Part shown: one piece after another, positions 58,042 to 64,000 of the stretch
How the letters are laid out: every line of letters begins with the position of its first letter
Numbering within the stretch: position 1 is the stretch's first letter
Origin: Verrucomicrobiota bacterium
GTDB taxonomy: Bacteria > Verrucomicrobiota > Verrucomicrobiia > Verrucomicrobiales > DEV007
Direction of reading: 5' to 3'
DNA: 64,000 bases
Assembly: GCA_045046875.1 (NCBI GenBank)
Contig: JASFYY010000038.1
Span: 20,553-84,552 of the forward strand
The notes under the pieces: model-generated
Told to the model about the DNA's origin: nothing
The model's database searches: none
Seen by the model: only the letters and a program-made list of their open reading frames with translations
Made by a program: the position numbers and the translations under genes

Positions 58042-59502
58042 CTACTCTCCCGGCCATAGCCCCTTCGGCCGGGTCATGTCAAAATCAGGGTCGCTGCTCT
58101 TACCGAAAAACACCCCTCCACCCGAGGCCACTGCCAACTGGTGTAATTTCATCGGCACCACGCCGAATTCAAACGGCACACGGACATACAGGCGCACCCC
58201 CGCTTCACGAATAGCCTGGGCAATCAAAGGCTCGTTCACCCCGAACTCACCATACTCACCCGACCCTGCATAACCGTTAGTAAAAAAATAAATCGCATCC
58301 ACACCCTCTTCGCGAATCATCTTCGCCATTCGGCGGGCATAAACCTCATCCGTAGCGACCGCCTGTTTGCCCCGACTCACTTCATAATAATCGAGCGCAT
58401 AGATCCGGTCACTTTGTTGTTTGTATTTTTCCGCATGCGCTTTTGCTTCGCTGCCAATCCGCATCAGCTCACTGGCATAAAGCTCATTTGAATAAAACGC
58501 ACCTGCCTTTGCACGCCTACCGCTGCCCGTTTTAGCGGCTGAGAGATCACGTTTCACATACGCAAAGGAAAACATCACCCCCAATTTATCAGCCTGAATC
58601 ATCGCGAGATCCTGTTCGATCGAATCCCTCGCTCGCAATTGATCGTAAACCTGTTGCCATCTCGGAGGATCCGATTGCTCTTTCAAGCGCGGTAATAAGG
58701 TCGTGTACGCACACCAGCTCTTGCCGACCATAGCGCGCGCCCACCGCTCTCTTCGCCGGGCAAATTCCAATCCATAACGCATACGCAGTCGGCTGGTCCA
58801 GGTATCATGATACTGAGCCGCGGTCTCTCTCACATCCAGCTTTCGCAACAAGCCCCCATGCCGCACGCTCGAAGGAAAAGCGAAAATCGAAGCGCTTTCA
58901 ACATCCGGTAACCACCAGGATCGCCACAAATAACCCTGACTATTTTTGATCGTCTGCACCCACTCCCGCATCAAACCTTCATCCAATATTTGATCCAAAA
59001 CATCCTCCCTGCCCACATCGCGAAATCCCGACTGGGCGTGACCCTGCCAGGTCTGGCGCAATAACAACTGGGTCACCCTTTTTCCCTCCCCCTCAACGCC
59101 ATTTTCTTCCTTTTCATCTGGAAAGATCTTGCGCATTTCATCCTTTTCAAAACCGGTTTCTTCTCCACGTAAACTGGTGATCCACAAAATACCCGCCACT
59201 TGATCTTCCTTGATCAACCCCTCCAGGGCATACACCGCGTTACGACTGGCAGGAGTTCTCAAACTGCGCTTGGCATCGATCTTAAACCCCTCAATTTCAC
59301 GGTAGACCAAAGGATCACGCCCCGCCTCCACTAAACGCTGATTAAGCAAGCGAATCTCCTTACGCACCTGCGGCACCAGAAAACCCATCTGCGGAGATAC
59401 ATCCATCAGAATGCCCAGCTTCTCATAGGAACGTGTCGGCGTCTCCTCCTTCGCGCTGGCAAGAGCCATGCTCATCCCCATCCATATTAACAAAATTCTC
59501 AT
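58042..59502 (-). CDS. Exported hypothetical protein, possibly vWA-like
   Basis: Signal peptide; GILMDVS near the N-terminus, VDAIYFFTNG and LAVASGG near the C-terminus. Confidence 0.65.
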   Translation of the reverse strand: MRILLIWMGMSMALASAKEETPTRSYEKLGILMDVSPQMGFLVPQVRKEIRLLNQRLVEAGRDPLVYREIEGFKIDAKRSLRTPASRNAVYALEGLIKEDQVAGILWITSLRGEETGFEKDEMRKIFPDEKEENGVEGEGKRVTQLLLRQTWQGHAQSGFRDVGREDVLDQILDEGLMREWVQTIKNSQGYLWRSWWLPDVESASIFAFPSSVRHGGLLRKLDVRETAAQYHDTWTSRLRMRYGLEFARRRERWARAMVGKSWCAYTTLLPRLKEQSDPPRWQQVYDQLRARDSIEQDLAMIQADKLGVMFSFAYVKRDLSAAKTGSGRRAKAGAFYSNELYASELMRIGSEAKAHAEKYKQQSDRIYALDYYEVSRGKQAVATDEVYARRMAKMIREEGVDAIYFFTNGYAGSGEYGEFGVNEPLIAQAIREAGVRLYVRVPFEFGVVPMKLHQLAVASGGGVFFGKSSDPDFDMTRPKGLWPGE

Positions 59503-59718
59503 CTATCGTTTTTCACCAATACTCCAAAAAAAGTCTTTTTAACAACTTTTGCAAAATATGACAACCTCATAAAAAACGATACAGGCATTCGGGTGCAGGA
59601 CAAAACAGTTGGCCATTGATTATTGGCAAGCCTTCCCCTTAATCGCGCAGCCATGCCATTCCACCTGTTGCCTCCGGCTGACTCCACTTCGCTACGGGAC
59701 AGTTTACTTTTCACTCAT

Positions 59719-59794
59719 TGCACCAAAGGTGCTCAATGGAATAACCCAGTGCGAAGCGCTGGGTAAAGTCCCCAATCCCCCCGCCCTGAAAGGG
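59719..59794 (+). repeat. Three-hairpin REP-like element, copy 1
   Basis: gcacc-aaa-ggtgc, acccagtgc-gaa-gcgctgggt, ccct-gaa-aggg; homologous to 63843-63918. Confidence 0.75.
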
Positions 59795-59964
59795 AGGAAT
59801 GAGCACCCAGGTCTTGGGCGCACCCCCCTGATCCTGTAGCTGCGCAAAATTAAACACCCCCGACTATCAAAAAAACGGAGATTTCAGCTCAAACGAAGTT
59901 CAGCGCAGCTGTTGCTTGACCCCTCCCCTCAACCGCTATAAATTCTCTCACCCCGCTGCCCACG

Positions 59965-61032
59965 ATGACCACCTCACTTCTCCGTCACAGCTTCAACATC
60001 CTGTTGGGGGTCAGCCTCTTTGCCAACGGCTCTATCCACGCTGAAGAGCTCAAAGACGATATCCATCTGACAAAAAAAATCCGCGAGCTCATTCTCAAAA
60101 ACTCCACCGAAAGCAAAGAGATGGAAATGAAGGACTACCGTTCTGCGATTCCAAAAACCAAAGTCCCTTACGACATGGTAGCCATCAAAGGCGGAACCTT
60201 CCTCATGGGCAGCCCGGCAAATGAAAAAGGCCGGGAGAAAGACGAAGGTCCGCAGCACAAGGTGAAAATCGATCCTTTCTGGATGGGGAAATATGAAATA
60301 ACCTGGAATCAGTTTGAGCTTTTTAAGACGACCACAATTGCCCGACGTAAAGATGGAGCCCCTGTTGAAATACCTGCAAATGCCACTCTCGACAAAATAG
60401 TTTCAGCTCCCACTACCCCCTACATGGCGATGGATTTTGATATGGGTAAAGGTCAACACCCTGTAGTGAATATGACCCAACACTCAGCTAGTAAATTCTG
60501 CCAATGGCTCAGCGCGCGAACAGGTCATTATTACCGTCTGCCTACTGAAGCGGAATGGGAATACGCTTGCCGCGCTGGAAGCACGACCGCCTTTTCCTTC
60601 GGAAACAATATCAGCAAGCTCAAAGATTACGCAGTATTTGATACATCCCAATATTCCAAGGTAGGCACTAAGAAGCCTAACCCATGGGGTCTATACGACA
60701 TGCACGGCAATGTCGTGGAATGGTGCCTTGATCAATACTACCCCGACGCCTATCAGAGCGGAATAATAACGATCCCTGCTCAAAAACTCTACCCCCGTGT
60801 TGCTCGCGGCGGCTCTTGGTATGACTACCCAAAAGATTATCGAAGTTCCATACGATTCCCCTCAAATAAAGACTGGAAAATGAGTGAAGCGCAATTACCC
60901 CAAAGCCTTTGGTATCACACTGATGCGTCCTGGCTAGGTTTTCGCATCGTTCGCCCCCTCAAAACCCCTTCTGCAGCAAAAATGCAAAAACTCTGGAACA
61001 GCGGTAAAATTTTCAGCAACGCATCACCATGA
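59965..61032 (+). CDS. Exported FGE-sulfatase (SUMF1)-domain protein
   Basis: GGTFLMGSP, EGPQH, YEIT, RLPTEAEWEYACRAG, PNPWGLYDMHGNVVEW, RGGSW, GFRIVR. Confidence 0.92.
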   Translation: MTTSLLRHSFNILLGVSLFANGSIHAEELKDDIHLTKKIRELILKNSTESKEMEMKDYRSAIPKTKVPYDMVAIKGGTFLMGSPANEKGREKDEGPQHKVKIDPFWMGKYEITWNQFELFKTTTIARRKDGAPVEIPANATLDKIVSAPTTPYMAMDFDMGKGQHPVVNMTQHSASKFCQWLSARTGHYYRLPTEAEWEYACRAGSTTAFSFGNNISKLKDYAVFDTSQYSKVGTKKPNPWGLYDMHGNVVEWCLDQYYPDAYQSGIITIPAQKLYPRVARGGSWYDYPKDYRSSIRFPSNKDWKMSEAQLPQSLWYHTDASWLGFRIVRPLKTPSAAKMQKLWNSGKIFSNASP

Positions 61033-62630
61033 TCTTTAACCTCCCCCATCACAAAACAATCACCTTCCTGTTCACCATCGCGCTTCACTTTGCGTTGACG
61101 AACGTCGCCCAAGCGGAACTCACCCTCCACCCTCTCTTCACCGATCACGCCGTTCTGCAACAGGGACAACCTGTGCCGGTTTGGGGAACTGCCGAGGCGG
61201 GTGATGAAATCCAGCTCAGTTTTTCTGGCCAGCAAAAAAATACCCGCACACAAGCAGACGGAACCTGGATGATCATCCTCGACGCACTCTCGACCAGTGC
61301 TGATCCCCGCAAGCTCACCATTTCCAGCGGCGAGGATAAACTGACGATCCAAGACATCCTGGTAGGCGAAGTCTGGCTCTGTGCCGGTCAGTCAAACATG
61401 GCTCGTTCGATGGCTGGCATGGCGGACAAAAAAGACGTCATCGAGGATACCAAGGCTGGGAAGTTCAAAAACATCCGCCTGTTCAAAGTTCCCCTGTTAG
61501 GAAAAAACCAAAGCCAGACCAGTGTCAACACCTCCTGGACCCCCTGCAGCGAAGAAAGCGTCAACGGCTTTTCTGGCACCGGCTTCTATTTTGGCCGCGC
61601 CCTTCATCGTGATTTGAAGGTTCCTGTAGGTTTGATCCACGCCAATTGGGGCGGTACCAACGCCTCTTGTTGGATCTCCAAGAATACCCTCGAAAATGAT
61701 CCTGCAGCGGCCTATTTACTCAGCGCTTTTAAGGGCCGCCTCGCCCGCTATCCCGAAGCCAAAAAAACCTACAACCAGGCTTTAGCGGAGTGGGAACAAA
61801 AAGCGAAAGCCGCCAAACAAGCCGGACAGGACTTTGAGGAAAAATCCCCGCGTGAACCCATGGGTCTCGAACACCCCAAACAACCCGCCGGTTTTTACAA
61901 CGGCATGATCGCCCCCCTGCAACCTTACACCATCGCAGGCGTGGTCTGGTCACAAGGAGAATCCAATGCCACCAATACCACTACCGCCAGCAACTACAAA
62001 GACCTGATGCTGGCGCTCATCTCCGGATGGCGCAGCGACTGGGCAAAAAAAGTCTCCAACGGCAAACAACGCAACTTCCCGTTTTATCAGGTACAGCTGC
62101 CCAATTTTGCCGATGGACACCCCGAAGCCTGGCCGATCATCCGCGAGCAAATGCTACAGGTCTGGCAGCAGGGAAAAAACACCGGCATGGTGGTCACCAT
62201 CGATATTGGCAATCCCGATGATATCCACCCCCAGAACAAACGCATCGTCGGTGATCGCCTATCCCGTTTTGCCCAGGCCAATACCTACGGAAAGAAAATC
62301 CCCTATTGCGGCCCGATTTATCAAAACATGCAAGTGCACAAGTCCAACATCACCCTCACTTTCTCCCACCTCGACGGCGGCCTGATCTCCAAAGACGGCC
62401 AATCACTGCGCCACTTCACCATCGCCGGCCAGGACAAAAAGTTTGTCCCTGCCCAAGTCCAGATCATCAACCACACCCTGGTCATCAGCAGCCCACAGAT
62501 AAAAAATCCCCGCGCCGTCCGTTACGCCTGGAGCAACAACCCTGAAAATCCCAATTTTTTCAATCAAGCCGGACTGCCCGCCTCCCCCTTCCGCACCGAC
62601 TCATGGCCAACCTTTGCTCAGAAAAAATGA
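61029..62630 (+). CDS. Sialate O-acetylesterase family protein
   Basis: VLQ..PVPVWG, GEVWLCAGQSNM, WGGT, WSQGESN, VQLPN, DIHP.NK, AVRYAW, LPASPFRTD. Confidence 0.92.
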   Translation: MIFNLPHHKTITFLFTIALHFALTNVAQAELTLHPLFTDHAVLQQGQPVPVWGTAEAGDEIQLSFSGQQKNTRTQADGTWMIILDALSTSADPRKLTISSGEDKLTIQDILVGEVWLCAGQSNMARSMAGMADKKDVIEDTKAGKFKNIRLFKVPLLGKNQSQTSVNTSWTPCSEESVNGFSGTGFYFGRALHRDLKVPVGLIHANWGGTNASCWISKNTLENDPAAAYLLSAFKGRLARYPEAKKTYNQALAEWEQKAKAAKQAGQDFEEKSPREPMGLEHPKQPAGFYNGMIAPLQPYTIAGVVWSQGESNATNTTTASNYKDLMLALISGWRSDWAKKVSNGKQRNFPFYQVQLPNFADGHPEAWPIIREQMLQVWQQGKNTGMVVTIDIGNPDDIHPQNKRIVGDRLSRFAQANTYGKKIPYCGPIYQNMQVHKSNITLTFSHLDGGLISKDGQSLRHFTIAGQDKKFVPAQVQIINHTLVISSPQIKNPRAVRYAWSNNPENPNFFNQAGLPASPFRTDSWPTFAQKK

Positions 62631-63733
62631 GCTCCCGCCTACGCTCCATCTACTTTTTTGTCAGCTTACTGATTCCGGTTTCCACGCCTATCCCGACGCA
62701 AGCCGATGAGCTCAAAGACGACCTCACTCTGGTAAAAAAAATACGCGAACTCATTCTCCAAAAATTCATCATAGCCGAAGAGTCGGGGATGAAGGACTAC
62801 TCATCCCTCATCCCAAAAACCGGAGTTTCTTACGACATGGTTACGATCAAAGGCGGCACCTTCCTCATGGGTAGCCCTCCAGATGAAAAAGACCGCAAGG
62901 AAGATGAAGGCCCGCAGCGGAAAGTGAAAGTCCAACCCTTCTGGATGGGAAAATACGAAGTCACTTGGGATCAGATAAAGAATTATGTGGTGACAAAAAA
63001 CACTGCCCTCCGCACCCGGAATGGGTCGCTCTTCAAACAGCCCCGCATCCATATGCCCAATGATCCTATCACCGCAATCTCAGCACCTTCTGAATATGCA
63101 GCTACCTCCCTTACTCCCGATTCAAATAAAAATAATTTTCCCGCGATAAGTGTGACCCAACACACCGCAAGTAAATATTGCCAATGGCTAAGTGCCAAAA
63201 CCGGCCACTACTACCGCCTACCCACTGAGGCGGAATGGGAATACGCTTGCCGAGCAGGTACCTCCACCGCCTATTCTTTTGGCGACGATATCAAAAAACT
63301 CAAAGATTACGCCGTATTCGAAGCCAATCAATACGCTCCGGTCGGCACTAAAAAACCCAATCCCTGGGGACTTTACGACATGCATGGCAACGTAATGGAA
63401 TGGTGCCTCAATCAGTATCATCCCGATGCCTACCGCAGCGGTGTATCAAGCATACCCGCTACAAAGCTCTACCCACGTGTTTTCCGGGGAGGGTCATGGT
63501 ATGATTATCCAACAGATTTGCGATCCTCGGCACGTTTTTATTCTGAAAAAAATTTTAAAGCGACAGACCCTTTATCACCAAAAAGTTACTGGCACCTTTC
63601 GAACGCACCCTGGCTCGGTTTTCGCATCGTGCGCCCTCTCAAAACCCCATCCGCCGAACAAATGAACTTACTCTGGAACAGCGGCAAGCTCTCCGATCTA
63701 AATACCAGCAAAAAAAGATTCCCTGCCAAATAA
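62627..63733 (+). CDS. Exported FGE-sulfatase (SUMF1)-domain protein, paralog of 59965-61032
   Basis: Same motifs; shared ELKDD..L.KKIRELIL N-terminus; ATGA overlap with the upstream stop. Confidence 0.92.
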   Translation: MSSRLRSIYFFVSLLIPVSTPIPTQADELKDDLTLVKKIRELILQKFIIAEESGMKDYSSLIPKTGVSYDMVTIKGGTFLMGSPPDEKDRKEDEGPQRKVKVQPFWMGKYEVTWDQIKNYVVTKNTALRTRNGSLFKQPRIHMPNDPITAISAPSEYAATSLTPDSNKNNFPAISVTQHTASKYCQWLSAKTGHYYRLPTEAEWEYACRAGTSTAYSFGDDIKKLKDYAVFEANQYAPVGTKKPNPWGLYDMHGNVMEWCLNQYHPDAYRSGVSSIPATKLYPRVFRGGSWYDYPTDLRSSARFYSEKNFKATDPLSPKSYWHLSNAPWLGFRIVRPLKTPSAEQMNLLWNSGKLSDLNTSKKRFPAK

Positions 63734-63748
63734 TACCTCAATATCATT

Positions 63749-63830
63749 TCGCCCTTTCAGTACTACCGATACAAACGGCTCAGTCCCAGAGTTCCTCTCT
63801 GGGCTATCTCATCCTGTCCTTACAGGACAA
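63749..63830 (-). repeat. Diverged three-hairpin REP-like element in reverse orientation
   Basis: Minus strand tgtcct-gta-aggaca, agcccagag-aggaa-ctctggg, gtactgaaagggcga. Confidence 0.55.
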
Positions 63831-63842
63831 TATGCTTCTCCC

Positions 63843-63918
63843 TGCACTGAAGGTGCTCAATGGAACAGCCCGGTGCAAAGCGCCGGGTAAAGCCCCAACG
63901 CCTCCCAGCCCTGAAAGG
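63843..63918 (+). repeat. Three-hairpin REP-like element, copy 2
   Basis: gcact-gaa-ggtgc, gcccggtgc-aaa-gcgccgggt, ccctgaaagg. Confidence 0.75.
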
Positions 63919-64000
63919 CATACGCGTCAACTTAAGTGGCTTTTTTTTCTTTTTTAGAGAGCAACGATTTACTAGGCTTTACGCGTTTCAATATAAAGGT

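Noticed and set aside
59965..63733. FGE-domain genes as maturases for the sulfatase, or as diversity-generating retroelement targets
   Set aside because: Catalytic Cys pair absent; no reverse transcriptase or adenine-specific template/variable repeat pair seen

Overview
Gene-dense bacterial chromosomal window with no rRNA, tRNA, CRISPR array or intact transposase seen. Gene content (DUF1501, SHD1-domain proteins, a PVC-type beta-propeller dehydrogenase, sulfatase and FGE-domain proteins, stand-alone rpsN) points to the PVC superphylum, most likely Verrucomicrobia (inference). The left third (about 6.8-20.7 kb) is a metal-handling region: acr3-arsR-arsC, a MerR regulator driving a CopZ-N/MerT/HMA fusion, and a czcCBA-type RND pump whose adaptor carries four C-x-E-H-x3-E-x2-C-x2-C-H-P repeats. 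The middle mixes housekeeping genes (rpsN, aroE, pyrC, cutA, ispA, asd, MsbA-like ABC, NtrBC-like pair) with secreted proteins. The most unusual items are the Cys/His-repeat RND adaptor, a secreted sulfatase-zincin-VHL-zincin fusion, an exported YHS/TRASH-truncated hemoglobin fusion, the CopZ-N/MerT/HMA fusion without merA, and a small ORF plus nucleotidyltransferase pair. Also present are several intergenic repeat families, long perfect palindromes, several apparently leaderless promoters and a doubly frameshifted C39 peptidase gene next to a 95-bp tandem duplication. All family calls come from motif recognition by eye; no searches were run.
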